From NCBI GenBank assembly GCA_963664435.2, contig CAXXKM010000002.1:992001-1056000 (forward strand): a stretch of 64,000 nt of DNA, written 5' to 3'. Below the pieces are notes generated by a model, which searched no databases, was not told the DNA's origin, and saw only the letters and a list, made by a program, of their open reading frames with translations. Position numbers and translations under genes: made by a program. Shown here one piece after another: positions 17,124-29,802 of this stretch (the stretch's first letter is position 1; every line of letters begins with the position of its first letter). The stretch is from Longimicrobiales bacterium (GTDB lineage: Bacteria > Gemmatimonadota > Gemmatimonadetes > Longimicrobiales > Gaopeijiaceae).

Positions 17124-19892
17124 TCACCCCTTGCACTCGAACCAGCTTTCGCCGGCTCCGGTATCCACCACCAGCGGCACGTCGAGCACGGTCGAGTTCT
17201 CCATGTGCGACACGACCATGTCGCGCACGGCATCCAGTTCGCGGGCGGGCGTCTCGAGCACCAGTTCGTCGTGTACCTGGAGGAGCAGCATCGCCCCGGA
17301 AGCGACTTCCTCGAGGGCACGCTGGACCTCGATCATCGCCTTCTTGATGACATCCGCGGCCGTGCCCTGGATGGGCGTGTTGCGCGCGACCCGCTCCCCG
17401 TGCGCGCGGATGTTCCAGTTGCGCGACGCCAGCTCGGGGACGTAGCGCCGGCGCCCCGAAAGCGTCTCGACGTAGCCCCGCTCCCTGGCCAGGGAGACCT
17501 GCCGGTCGAGGAAGGCGCGCACGCCGCTGAAGCGCTCGAAGTACTGGTCGATGAAGCGCCGCGCCTCATCCTGCGGAATGCCCAGCTGCCGGCCGAGAGA
17601 GAACGCTCCCTGCCCGTACAGCGTGGCGAAGTTGATGGTCTTGGCCTGGTCGCGCATGCGCGGGCTCACCCCGTCCACGGGCACGTCGAAGATGACGGCG
17701 GCGGTCTGGCGGTGGATGTCGCTCGCTTCGCGGAACGCGGTCACGAACGCGGGATCGCCCGAGAAGTGGGCCAGGATGCGCAACTCGATCTGGGAGTAGT
17801 CCGCAGTCAGCAGGACGTGCCCCGGCGCGGCCACGAAGCCCTTGCGGATCTCCCGCCCGATCCGGGTGCGGATGGGGATGTTCTGCAGGTTGGGGTTGCT
17901 GGACGAGAGCCGTCCGGTCGCCGCCACGGTCTGGTTGAAGTGCGTGTGGATGCGCCCGGTGCGCGGATGGACGAGCCCGGGGAGGGCGTCGATGTAGGTG
18001 CTGCGAAGCTTCTCCATGCGGCGATACTTCATCAGCAGCCGCGGCACCGGATGGCCGAGCGCCTCGAGCTCCTCCAGCACCGAGGCGGCCGTCGAGGGCC
18101 CGGTCTTGGTCTTGCGGATGACCGGCAGCCCCAGGTCCTCGAAGAGCACGGTTCGCAGCTGGGGCGTGGAATTGAGATTGAATTCGGATCCCGCCTCGCT
18201 GAAGATCTCCTTCTGCACCAGCCCGAGCTCGTACTCCAGCTGCCGGCTCATCTCGCTGAAGAAGAGGGGATCGATGCGGATTCCGTTTCGCTCCATGCGC
18301 GCCAGCACCGGCACCAGGCGCATCTCCATGTCCCTGAAAAGTCCGTCGAGAGCGTGTCCCCGGAGTCGGGGCCGGAAGTGTTCCCGAAGGCGTCCCGCGC
18401 AGTCGGCGCGTTCGCAGGCGTAACGGAGGACCTCCTCGGGCTTGAGCCGGGTCAGCGGCACCTCCTTCTTCCCCGTGCCGACGAGCTCCTTGAGCCGGGT
18501 GGTCTCCAGCCCGAGCGCGTTCGCCGCCAGGGTTTCCATTTCGTGACCCCGAAGCTCGGGTTCGAGGAGATACGAAGCCACCATGGTGTCGAAGGAGGCC
18601 CCTTCGAGCGCGACGCCGACCTCGGCCAGCCCGACGACGGCGTGCTTGAGGTCGTGACCGGTCTTGGGCACCTCGGGGTCCTCGAGCAGATCGCGAAGCG
18701 GAGCCATGTCTCGGGAATCGAGCGCGGGAAGATTATTCGCCGACGCCCCGGGCTCCGCCGGCGCCCCCATCTCAAGGTCGAGCGCGGCCTCGTGCGCCAA
18801 TGGGAGATAGCGGGCCTTGCCGCTCCGGCTCGAGAGGGCGATCCCGGCGATGGGTGCCCGCATCGGATCGGGGGACGCGGTGAGTACGGCGACCGCCACC
18901 TCGCCCTGCGCGCGTGCTTCCCGGACCACCTCGTCGACCCCGGCGGCGTCCAGCACCAGCCGGTAGTCGGCGTCCTCATCCCTGGATGCCGCCTCCCCGG
19001 CTTCGGACGCCGTCGCAAAGCGCTCCAGGAGGGTGTGAAACTCGAGTTCCAGCAGCAGTTCGCGCATCCGCTCGCGGTCCGGAGGGCGCACAGCCAACCC
19101 GTCGAGATCGAAGCTCACGTCCACGTCGGTGAGCATGGTCACCAGCTGCCTTGACAGCCGGATCTGGTCCGCGTGATTGAGCAGCGACTCGCGGGGACGC
19201 TTGGCCCGCACATCCTCCGCGTGCGCGAGAATCTGGTCCAGGTCTCCATACTGCTCGATGAGCTTGACCGCCGTCTTGGGCCCGATGCCCGGCGCTCCGG
19301 GCACGTTGTCCGAGGAGTCCCCGATCAGCGCCAGGTAGTCGATGATGCGATCGGGAGGGACCCCGAAACGCTCGCTCGCGTTCGACTCGTCGACCCACTC
19401 CGCCGAGGTGCCGGCGCGTCCCCCCCGCGCGGGCCGGAACAGCCGCAGCCCCGGGCCTAGGAGCTGGTAGAAGTCCTTGTCCCCCGAAACGATGACGGCC
19501 TCGATATCCTCCTCGAGCGCGAGGGCTCGCCGCGCCAGGGAAGCGATCACGTCGTCCGCCTCGAATCCTTCGACTTCGACCACGGGATGGTGGAGGGCAT
19601 CCAGCAGCGACCGGATGCGGCCCAGGCTCTCGCGCAGATCCTCCGGCATCTTCTCGCGCGTCGCCTTGTACTCGGGATAGAGCTCCTTGCGCTGACTCGA
19701 TCCGGCGTCGAAGACCACCGCGAGATAATCGGGCGCGAACTCTTCCCGGATCCGGATCAGGTAGTTGAGAAAGCCCCACTCCGCGGACGTGTTTTCGCCC
19801 CTGGAGTTGGTCAGCGGCCGGTTGGCGAAAGCGAAGAACGACTGATAGATGAGCGCGTAGGCGTCGATCAGGAAGAGGGTGGGCGCCTTCAT
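17124..19892 (-). CDS. polA: DNA polymerase I
   Basis: 5'-3' exonuclease motifs (EADDVI, GDSSDNVPG), TGRLSSSNPNLQNIP, ADYSQIELR, AKTINF and LQVHDEL. Confidence 0.97.
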   Translation of the reverse strand: MKAPTLFLIDAYALIYQSFFAFANRPLTNSRGENTSAEWGFLNYLIRIREEFAPDYLAVVFDAGSSQRKELYPEYKATREKMPEDLRESLGRIRSLLDALHHPVVEVEGFEADDVIASLARRALALEEDIEAVIVSGDKDFYQLLGPGLRLFRPARGGRAGTSAEWVDESNASERFGVPPDRIIDYLALIGDSSDNVPGAPGIGPKTAVKLIEQYGDLDQILAHAEDVRAKRPRESLLNHADQIRLSRQLVTMLTDVDVSFDLDGLAVRPPDRERMRELLLELEFHTLLERFATASEAGEAASRDEDADYRLVLDAAGVDEVVREARAQGEVAVAVLTASPDPMRAPIAGIALSSRSGKARYLPLAHEAALDLEMGAPAEPGASANNLPALDSRDMAPLRDLLEDPEVPKTGHDLKHAVVGLAEVGVALEGASFDTMVASYLLEPELRGHEMETLAANALGLETTRLKELVGTGKKEVPLTRLKPEEVLRYACERADCAGRLREHFRPRLRGHALDGLFRDMEMRLVPVLARMERNGIRIDPLFFSEMSRQLEYELGLVQKEIFSEAGSEFNLNSTPQLRTVLFEDLGLPVIRKTKTGPSTAASVLEELEALGHPVPRLLMKYRRMEKLRSTYIDALPGLVHPRTGRIHTHFNQTVAATGRLSSSNPNLQNIPIRTRIGREIRKGFVAAPGHVLLTADYSQIELRILAHFSGDPAFVTAFREASDIHRQTAAVIFDVPVDGVSPRMRDQAKTINFATLYGQGAFSLGRQLGIPQDEARRFIDQYFERFSGVRAFLDRQVSLARERGYVETLSGRRRYVPELASRNWNIRAHGERVARNTPIQGTAADVIKKAMIEVQRALEEVASGAMLLLQVHDELVLETPARELDAVRDMVVSHMENSTVLDVPLVVDTGAGESWFECKG

Positions 19893-19908
19893 GGCCCGTC
19901 GCCGCGGT

Positions 19909-22230
19909 TCATGACTCGTCGCCGTACAGCCAGCGATAGATCCGCAGGTTGCGCTCGACGCTCTTCACGTAGTTGCGCGTTTCGAAGAAGGGAATTCGCT
20001 CGGTGAAGCGCTGCAGGTCCGAGGCTTCGGGGAGGCGGCGCCAGCGGTTGGCGCGCGAGGGCCCCGCATTGTAGGCGGAAAGCACCAGCGGCAGCTGGCC
20101 GTCGTAGCGGGCGAGCATCTGTGCGAGGTAGCGCGAACCCAGGTGCAGGTTGACGTCGGCGACCCTCAGGGCCGCGGGCGAAAAGGGGTGTGGTCCTTCC
20201 CGGCGCGCGAGTTCGCGTCCGGTCGCGGGCATCACCTGCATGAGCCCGACCGCCCCCGCGCTGGAGACGATTTCCGCGTCGAAGGCGGATTCCTGGCGCA
20301 TCAGGGCGGCCATCAGGAACGGGTCCACTTCGTGCTTGGCCGCCTCGTCGAAGATCATGCCCTGGTAGGGGAGCGGATAGGCGGCGCGCACGAGCCGTGG
20401 CGAACGCGGGTATCCGGCGCTCTGGGCCCGTCCCCCGATGCGGATGCCCTCGATGTACATGCCTTGCGCGATCAGGCCCTCGGCCAGCCGGAGCAACGCT
20501 CCCGGAGACCCTTCGGTTCGCTCCAGCAATCGTGCCGCGATGTCCGCGGCGGCCGAGTTCATCCCCGCGCGCCTCAGCAGCCCGGCTTCGCGCAATGGCT
20601 CATACATCCAGAAGACGCCGGATTCGTCGAAGGGGAGATCGGGCTCCAGCCTGGGGTCGTAGTCCTCGCCGAGCAGCTCCCCTCCGAGGAAGGCGTAGTA
20701 GGACAGGGGATCCCTGCGGGCGACGAGGGCCACATGCCCGGCCGCAGCCTCGCGCTCGCCCAGCCGGAGGCGGGCCCACGCAGCCCAGTACGCGGCTTCC
20801 TGCCAGCGCCGCCCTTCGGGAAAGTCCGCGAGATAGTCCTCGAAGACCGCCGCGGCGTCCCGATGATCGCCGGCGCCGATATGGAGCTGGCCGAGGCGCA
20901 TGCGCGCCAGACCCGCGCGATCCATGGCGGGCGCCATCGACGCGGTTTGCCCGTAGCCCTCCATGGCTCGCGAGAGCCGGCCCTCGTCGTGGTCCGCGTC
21001 GGCACGGAAGAAGATGAAGTCGACCGCTTCGCGGCTGCCGGGAAAGCGCTCCACCATCTGCTCCTGCGCCGCCTCCGCCGCTCCCCCCGCACCGAGCCGC
21101 CGCTGCACCCGGGCCAGGTTGTCGAGGGCGGGCGCGCCCACCTCCGGGTCATCGCCCGCGGCGAGGCTGCTGAACTCGTCTCTGGCTTCCGTGAGCCGCC
21201 CCGCGCCGGCCATCAGACGCGCGCGCGCCAGGCGAAGAGTGGCCGCGGGAGAGGTGGCGGTTTCCTCCACGTAACGGTCGTAGACCTCCAGCGCGAGTCC
21301 GGTTTCGCCTCCCCGCTGAAGGATGCGTCCCAGTGCCGGGAGGTCGTCCGTCGAAGCCGTGCCCGATTCGGCCAGGGCGGTGGCGGCAAGGGTGGCGGCG
21401 CTTCCCCGGTCGACGGCGTCGAGCACGGCCCGGAAGGCGGCCAGCGCGCCTTCCCCGTCGCCGCGCGCCCGTCGCAGTTCGCCCAGCATCGCCCATCCCC
21501 GAGCCCGGCGTCCGTCGTCCGAGATGGAGGCAACGGTCTGGTCGAGGAAGGTTTCGGCGGCGGCGCTGTCGGCCACGGTCAGATAGGCGTCGGAGCGCAG
21601 CAGCCAGCTGCGTTCCCGGACTTCGTCGTCGGTGATGCCCGCGCTCGCCAGCCGGATGCCGGCGGTGTCGCCCAGCGGGGCGAGAATGTCCGCGACCTCC
21701 AGCCGCATGCGGCTGCTGAAGAAGTCCGTGCGGCCGGTGGCGATCGCCTCAAGCGTCCCGAGCGCGTCGCCGGAACGGTTCAGGCGGGCTCGAATCCGGA
21801 CGAGCCGCAGGACCGCTTCCTCGTCGCGGCTTCCGCCGGCCAGCCAGGCGTCGAAGGCCCGCTCGGCCTCTGCCCAGTCTCCGCGGACCTCGGCCGCCCG
21901 GCCGAGAAGGAACCATCCTTCCCCGCCATTCACCTCGTCCAGCCACTCGGCGTCCGCCAGCAGCTCGCTCACCTGTGTCCAGTTCCGCCAGCCCGCCTCG
22001 GCCCGGGCCAGCTCCAGGATGGCGGCGGGTTCGGGGGCATCGGTTGCGGCGAGCGCCCCTCTCAGCGCGACCGCGGTGTGCCAGGGCCGCTCGACGGGGT
22101 CGCGGTTCCCCGTTGCCGTTACCTGGGGAGTCGGCCCCGGCCGCGACAAGGAAGAGGCGGGGGCGGGGACGGCCAGGATCGGGGACGCCGCAGTGAGTAG
22201 AGTCAGTGCCTTCGCGGAGAACGTCTTCAT
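19909..22230 (-). CDS. TPR-containing soluble lytic transglycosylase (Slt-like)
   Basis: Signal peptide, helical repeats, RQESAF...SSAGAVGLMQVMP, AYNAGP and ETRNYV. Confidence 0.9.
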   Translation of the reverse strand: MKTFSAKALTLLTAASPILAVPAPASSLSRPGPTPQVTATGNRDPVERPWHTAVALRGALAATDAPEPAAILELARAEAGWRNWTQVSELLADAEWLDEVNGGEGWFLLGRAAEVRGDWAEAERAFDAWLAGGSRDEEAVLRLVRIRARLNRSGDALGTLEAIATGRTDFFSSRMRLEVADILAPLGDTAGIRLASAGITDDEVRERSWLLRSDAYLTVADSAAAETFLDQTVASISDDGRRARGWAMLGELRRARGDGEGALAAFRAVLDAVDRGSAATLAATALAESGTASTDDLPALGRILQRGGETGLALEVYDRYVEETATSPAATLRLARARLMAGAGRLTEARDEFSSLAAGDDPEVGAPALDNLARVQRRLGAGGAAEAAQEQMVERFPGSREAVDFIFFRADADHDEGRLSRAMEGYGQTASMAPAMDRAGLARMRLGQLHIGAGDHRDAAAVFEDYLADFPEGRRWQEAAYWAAWARLRLGEREAAAGHVALVARRDPLSYYAFLGGELLGEDYDPRLEPDLPFDESGVFWMYEPLREAGLLRRAGMNSAAADIAARLLERTEGSPGALLRLAEGLIAQGMYIEGIRIGGRAQSAGYPRSPRLVRAAYPLPYQGMIFDEAAKHEVDPFLMAALMRQESAFDAEIVSSAGAVGLMQVMPATGRELARREGPHPFSPAALRVADVNLHLGSRYLAQMLARYDGQLPLVLSAYNAGPSRANRWRRLPEASDLQRFTERIPFFETRNYVKSVERNLRIYRWLYGDES

Positions 22231-22256
22231 CTTCAAACCCCTGGCCTGAAAATGAC

Positions 22257-22284
22257 GAAAGGCCACCCCCGGGGGTGGCCTTTC
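22257..22284 (-). terminator. terminator-like hairpin after the exbB-like gene
   Basis: Perfect inverted repeat GAAAGGCCACCCCC-GGGGGTGGCCTTTC. Confidence 0.75.
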
Positions 22285-22307
22285 TACTGCAAAACCTCGG
22301 AGTCCGG

Positions 22308-23027
22308 CTATATGGACGCCCTCCCGGTCTCCATCGCGTGAAGCGCGTCGATCATCTTCTGGGCCGACTCCTCCATGTCGATGACGAGCGAGTCGATGCG
22401 CGACACGAAGAAGTTGTGGGCGATGCTCACCGGGATCGCGATCGTGAGACCGGCCGCGGTCGTGAGGAGCGCCACCTTGATGCCGCCCGCCACCAGCGTC
22501 GCCTCGACCTCACCGGCCAGCTCGATGGACTGGAACGCGATGATCATGCCGATCACCGTGCCCAGGAAGCCGAGCAGCGGGGCAATGTTGGTGAGGGTCG
22601 CCAGAACCACCAGGCCGCGCTCCAGGCGGCTCAACTCGATGAGTCCCTGGTTCTCGATGGCCTTCATGACCCGGTCGGTGCCTTCCTCGTGCCGCTCGAG
22701 GCCGGCGTACAGGATGTTGGCCGCGGGCGCGTTGGACTCGCGGGTGACCTCGATCGCCTCCTGCAGCTGGGCGTCGGCCAGCAACGCGTCGACCTCGCCG
22801 AGGATCTTCTTGGTGCGGCCGCTCTTCGCCATCAGGTCGAAGAACTTCCAGATGATGACGAGGATGCCGACCAGCAGGCAGGCGGCCAGCGGCCAGCGCA
22901 TGAACCCGGTCTGATCCCAGATGAAACCAAACTGCTCGCCGAGGGTCTGATCCGGCGCCTCCATCCCGGGAATCTGCAGGAGCGCGACGTAAAGGCTGTT
23001 GAGTGCGACCAAGGGAGTGCCCTCCAT
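22308..23027 (-). CDS. MotA/TolQ/ExbB proton-channel family protein (full length)
   Basis: LERGLVVLAT...APLLGFLGTVIGMIIAF...VAGGIKVALLTTAAGLTIAIP. Confidence 0.92.
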   Translation of the reverse strand: MEGTPLVALNSLYVALLQIPGMEAPDQTLGEQFGFIWDQTGFMRWPLAACLLVGILVIIWKFFDLMAKSGRTKKILGEVDALLADAQLQEAIEVTRESNAPAANILYAGLERHEEGTDRVMKAIENQGLIELSRLERGLVVLATLTNIAPLLGFLGTVIGMIIAFQSIELAGEVEATLVAGGIKVALLTTAAGLTIAIPVSIAHNFFVSRIDSLVIDMEESAQKMIDALHAMETGRASI

Positions 23028-23113
23028 GAGCTGGTTTCAAGGCAAACGAAATGACTGCCCACAGCGGACAGCCCACCGAGTCTACCGAAGCTTATCCTAG
23101 CACCGGAGCAGCC

Positions 23114-23142
23114 AAGATGAAAGCACCTCCGGGGTGTGTCAA
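23114..23142 (-). promoter_or_regulatory. candidate sigma-70 promoter of the exbB-like gene
   Basis: Minus strand TTGACA-N17-CATCTT. Confidence 0.45.
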
Positions 23143-23301
23143 GGGTTGTCCGGCGCTCGTCTGAGGTGGCAGGCCGCATCGTAACTTGAGAAATGCCTGA
23201 CACATCCGGGGCGGCCCCTGAGCGAGCGCCATCGATCGCGATGCCCTGCATGCCGATCCGGCTTCGGGGAGGTCTGGAAAACCGGCTCGCCGAGGTCGGG
23301 G

Positions 23302-24558
23302 TCAGTGCCCCGCACCTTCCTGTCCCGCCCGTTGCAGGATCGCGCGGTCCAGCACGGCCCCGACCGTCGGCGACATCCGCTGGAACCGGACGGTCCTCAT
23401 GAACCGCAGTGCTCCCATGCCTACAAAGAGCTTACCCAGCAGCTCGTCCGCGAAGCTGCTGGAGACAACGGGAATGTTGTGGAAGTCGATATTGACTGGA
23501 TGGCCGGGATACATCTTCATCAGGTTCTCAAGCTTGATACGCGCGAACTTGCCCGCCGATCTCGACCCGACCGAACTGACCTCGCTGCGCACGACGAACT
23601 GCAGAGCATCCCCGGTGTCCGCTTCGTAGCGGTTTTCGATGTAATCGCCTGCCGGATCGGCGCCGGTGTCCTGGATGTCGAGCGCTCGCCACAGGGCGTC
23701 CGGATCGGAATAGTCCAGCGTGACGACAACCAATGTACCAGCGACCGGGACGGCTTCCTCACGAGCCTTGAGCTCGGAGTGGATGCTCGCGTATCCCGAG
23801 TGGATTACGAAATCGCCGCTGCCCACCCGGGCTGCCCTGTGTGTTCCGAACAGGCCGTTTCCCTGACCTACCTCCTTGTCCCGGGTGATTCCACGCTGCA
23901 CGGAGAGTTGCAACGCATCCAGGTCCGAAATCGAAGGCCTTGTGGTTCTCATGGTTTCGGGGATTCCTCGACCGGCATCGGCAACCGCGAACTCCAATTG
24001 TTTCCTGTTGGGATGGTGATTCAGCTGCACCAGCCCGCCCTGCGCCGAGTCCGCGTGCTGGAGCACGTTGTCGGTAATCTCGTTAACCGCCCACTCGAAG
24101 GCTGCGAGACTTGGACGCGCGAGCCCCGCGGGAGAAGCAAGGACCGCATCGACGATCTGGCTCACGATCCCGTCCTGTTCCCCCGGCGAGCTGAAGCGGC
24201 TGGCGGGCAGCCCGGATGGGGGATGCCACGTTGACTTCGAGAACTCCTTCGGTGCCACCAGGTGCGCCCAGTTGGCGTTCGTAAAGAGACGCCGCACGCT
24301 TCCCGCGCTTGGGCGAACCAGGGAAAAATCCACATCGAATTCGTCGCGGAGCCGGATGCAGGATGCGAGCACGGCAACCATCGGACCGGGATCTACCCAG
24401 GTCGTGCCGGAAAAATCGAGCGTAACCCTGGCGTAACCGTTTTCGCGCGTAGCCTGGTGCACCGCTGCCAACAGACGGCGAAACGTGTCGAGGTCCAGAC
24501 TGCCGGAGACGACCACCTGACTCCCGGTTTGCTCGACTGGTCGGCTGGTCGGATTCAT
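23302..24558 (-). CDS. STAS-like / HATPase / DUF4325(STAS-like) fusion protein
   Basis: ATG 24558. N-terminal VTLDFSGTTWVDP; GHKL boxes NEITDNVLQHA, VADAGRGI and GQGNGL; C-terminal IDFHNIPVVSSSFADELLGKL. Confidence 0.8.
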   Translation of the reverse strand: MNPTSRPVEQTGSQVVVSGSLDLDTFRRLLAAVHQATRENGYARVTLDFSGTTWVDPGPMVAVLASCIRLRDEFDVDFSLVRPSAGSVRRLFTNANWAHLVAPKEFSKSTWHPPSGLPASRFSSPGEQDGIVSQIVDAVLASPAGLARPSLAAFEWAVNEITDNVLQHADSAQGGLVQLNHHPNRKQLEFAVADAGRGIPETMRTTRPSISDLDALQLSVQRGITRDKEVGQGNGLFGTHRAARVGSGDFVIHSGYASIHSELKAREEAVPVAGTLVVVTLDYSDPDALWRALDIQDTGADPAGDYIENRYEADTGDALQFVVRSEVSSVGSRSAGKFARIKLENLMKMYPGHPVNIDFHNIPVVSSSFADELLGKLFVGMGALRFMRTVRFQRMSPTVGAVLDRAILQRAGQEGAGH

Positions 24559-24650
24559 ATCGATCGTCGGAGAAGAGGCGCATGTGACGCGCCCCAGGGC
24601 TGGCACAACGCGAAATCTGGCGGTTCCCCGGGGAAGGTCAACGTGCCTGA

Positions 24651-25430
24651 TCAGCGGCGCAGCGTCCACTCCCTTGATCGGTACCGGCGCTCCAGTGGAC
24701 GGATCCGCGGCAGCGCCCGCCGCGGGAGCGGTCCTTGCGCGATCTCCGTTTCCAGCCCGGCGGCGAGCCCTTCCGTGACCGCCGTCGCGACCTCCTCCCA
24801 TGCGGGCGCGCGGCCGAGCTGTTCGCGCAGGGTCGTGGACGCGGGCGCCGCGTCCGCATCGGCCGGCTGCCGGCACAGTTTGCGGGCGAGCTCCTGGGTG
24901 CCGTCGATCAGCACGGACCCGTGCTGCAGCAGAGCGCGCCCGATGCGTGCCTGGGCGCTGCCGGTGAGCTTCCGCCCCCCCGCCACCACCTCCCCCCCGG
25001 CGGTCGCGTCGAAACATGCTCCCGCCCGCGGCGGGCCCGGCGCCACCCCCGCGGCCAACCGGGCGTCCGCCCCGAGGGCGCGCAGCCCGGCGGCCAGCCC
25101 GGCGTGCACCACCCCGTAGGCCGCCCGCAACCGCCCCGCGGCGGCGATCGGGGCGACCACCGCGTAGGTCAGCTCGACGTCGTGCAGCACGCCCCGGCCG
25201 CCTGTGGGACGGCGCACCACGTCGACCCCCAGCCGCGCCGCGCGCTCGAAGTCGTAGCAGTCCGCGGCCGGCTCGTTGCGGCCCAGCGAAAGGGTGGGGC
25301 GCGTCCAGCGGTAGAGGCGCAGCCACCCCGCGTCCGGATCGACCGTCTCGGCCAGGGCGTGGTCCACCGCCATGTTGACGGCGCCGTCGCGGGGCGGGTC
25401 GAAGACCACCGTCCAGCGGAGTCGACCCAT
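24651..25430 (-). CDS. lipoate-protein ligase / octanoyltransferase (LplA/LipM family)
   Basis: NMAVDHAL, LRLYRW, VVRRPTGGRGVLH, GRKLTGSAQ and LLQHGS. Start uncertain. Confidence 0.88.
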   Translation of the reverse strand: MGRLRWTVVFDPPRDGAVNMAVDHALAETVDPDAGWLRLYRWTRPTLSLGRNEPAADCYDFERAARLGVDVVRRPTGGRGVLHDVELTYAVVAPIAAAGRLRAAYGVVHAGLAAGLRALGADARLAAGVAPGPPRAGACFDATAGGEVVAGGRKLTGSAQARIGRALLQHGSVLIDGTQELARKLCRQPADADAAPASTTLREQLGRAPAWEEVATAVTEGLAAGLETEIAQGPLPRRALPRIRPLERRYRSREWTLRR

Positions 25431-25534
25431 CCGGCGGGCCGCCTCGCGCTGGCGCGCCTTCCCCCGGGCTCCGCATTCCCCCGGGAATCCCCGGCCGGAC
25501 CTCAACCGGGCGTGCGCCGACCCCGCGACCTCCC

Positions 25535-26230
25535 TCAGCCCCCGCCCAGGTCCAGCACGTCCCCACTTGCCATCACCTCCACCCGCGCGGCGTCCCCCAC
25601 CAGCGCCCGGAACGCCTCCGGATCCTGCTCGATGGGCGGGAAGGTGTTGTAGTGGATCGGCACCACCACCGACGGCTGGATGAAGTCCACCGCGATGGCG
25701 GCGTCCTCCGGGCCCATGGTGAAGTTGTCGCCGATCGGCAGCAGGGCCACGTCCACCTGGCCGCGCAGCAGCTTCATGTCGGTCAGCAGCGCGGTGTCGC
25801 CCGCGTGATAGACCCGGGTGCCGTCGGCGTCGATGAGCAGCCCGCCCGGGACCGTCGTGTACGCCCCGGTATTGTCGCCGTGCACCTGGCCGCCGTGCAG
25901 CGCGGGCGTCATCTTCACGCGCCCGAAGGGGAAGTTGTAGCCCCCGCCGATGTGCATCGGATGCGCGTTCTCGACCCCTTGGGTCTGGGCGAAGGCCACG
26001 ATCTCGAAGGTCGACACCAGCGTTGCCCCGGTCGCGTTCGCCAGAGGAATGGCGTCCGCGAAGTGATCGAAGTGCCCGTGCGAGCAGAGCACGTAGTCGA
26101 CGTCGCCCAGATCCGCGAGGGACAGGTCGTTGGCGGGGCTCTCCTCGTACCAGGGATCGATCGAGATGCGCGTGCCGTCGTCCAGTTCGAGCAGGAAGGT
26201 CGCGTGTCCGTGATACGTCAGCGTGGCCAT
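25535..26230 (-). CDS. metal-dependent hydrolase (metallo-beta-lactamase fold, UPF0173)
   Basis: MATLTYHGHA, IDPW, SHGHFDH, YHAGDT and PIHYNTFP. Confidence 0.9.
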   Translation of the reverse strand: MATLTYHGHATFLLELDDGTRISIDPWYEESPANDLSLADLGDVDYVLCSHGHFDHFADAIPLANATGATLVSTFEIVAFAQTQGVENAHPMHIGGGYNFPFGRVKMTPALHGGQVHGDNTGAYTTVPGGLLIDADGTRVYHAGDTALLTDMKLLRGQVDVALLPIGDNFTMGPEDAAIAVDFIQPSVVVPIHYNTFPPIEQDPEAFRALVGDAARVEVMASGDVLDLGGG

Positions 26231-26232
26231 GG

Positions 26233-29106
<2,874 letters not shown>

Positions 29107-29143
29107 CAGTCGGGCGATGCTCGAAGCGCGGATGCGGTGCTCA

Positions 29144-29533
29144 TCACCCGTCGATGTGGGACTCGTAGTCCTCGGGGCTCATCAGGCCCTCGAGCGCGTC
29201 GTCGTCCTCCGCGCGCAGCTTGATCATCCAGCCGTCGCCGTAGGCATCGCTGTTGACCAGTGCCGGATCCAGGTCGATGGCCTCGTTGACCTCGACGACC
29301 TCGCCCGCGATGGGGCAGTAGAGGTCGCTGACCGCCTTCACCGCCTCGATGACGCCGAACACCTCCATGCGGTCGAAGTGGGTGCCGACCCTGGGCAGTT
29401 CCACGTACACGATGTCGCCCAGCTCCCCCTGCGCGTAGTCGGTGATCCCGACGACGTAGACGCTCTCCTCGTCGGTTTCCCCCACATACTCATGCTCCTC
29501 GGTGTAGTAGAGATGCTCGGGGATGTCGGACAT
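29144..29533 (-). CDS. gcvH: glycine cleavage H protein
   Basis: [15 protein letters not shown]...[10 protein letters not shown] and lipoyl site IEAVKAVSD. Confidence 0.96.
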   Translation of the reverse strand: MSDIPEHLYYTEEHEYVGETDEESVYVVGITDYAQGELGDIVYVELPRVGTHFDRMEVFGVIEAVKAVSDLYCPIAGEVVEVNEAIDLDPALVNSDAYGDGWMIKLRAEDDDALEGLMSPEDYESHIDG

Positions 29534-29579
29534 GGGTGCTCCGGGCACAAGAGTGATCGGGGGTGGATTTCGGTTCGGG

Positions 29580-29609
29580 ACTATAGAAAGCGCGTTCCTG
29601 CCCCGTCAA
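29580..29609 (-). promoter_or_regulatory. sigma-70 promoter of the gcvH operon
   Basis: Minus strand TTGACG-N18-TATAGT, about 45 bp upstream of the gcvH ATG. Confidence 0.6.
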
Positions 29610-29802
29610 CCCCGATGCCGGCACCCCGGCGCGGAAGCCGGATCGGGCCGGGGCTCAGGGTTCCGCGGGGGAACGCCGGGCGCCATCGGGGGGTTGTACG
29701 GCGCGCCGCGCGCGCGTGGCGCCCCCGGTACCGCCCATGGATCGGAAGGCGGTTCATGGACCGGTTCCCTCTTCGACTCCCGGCGCAGGAAACAGTGTAT
29801 TG

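Noticed and set aside
29534..29800. Glycine riboswitch upstream of gcvH
   Set aside because: No aptamer consensus seen, and the promoter candidate leaves only about 40 nt of leader.
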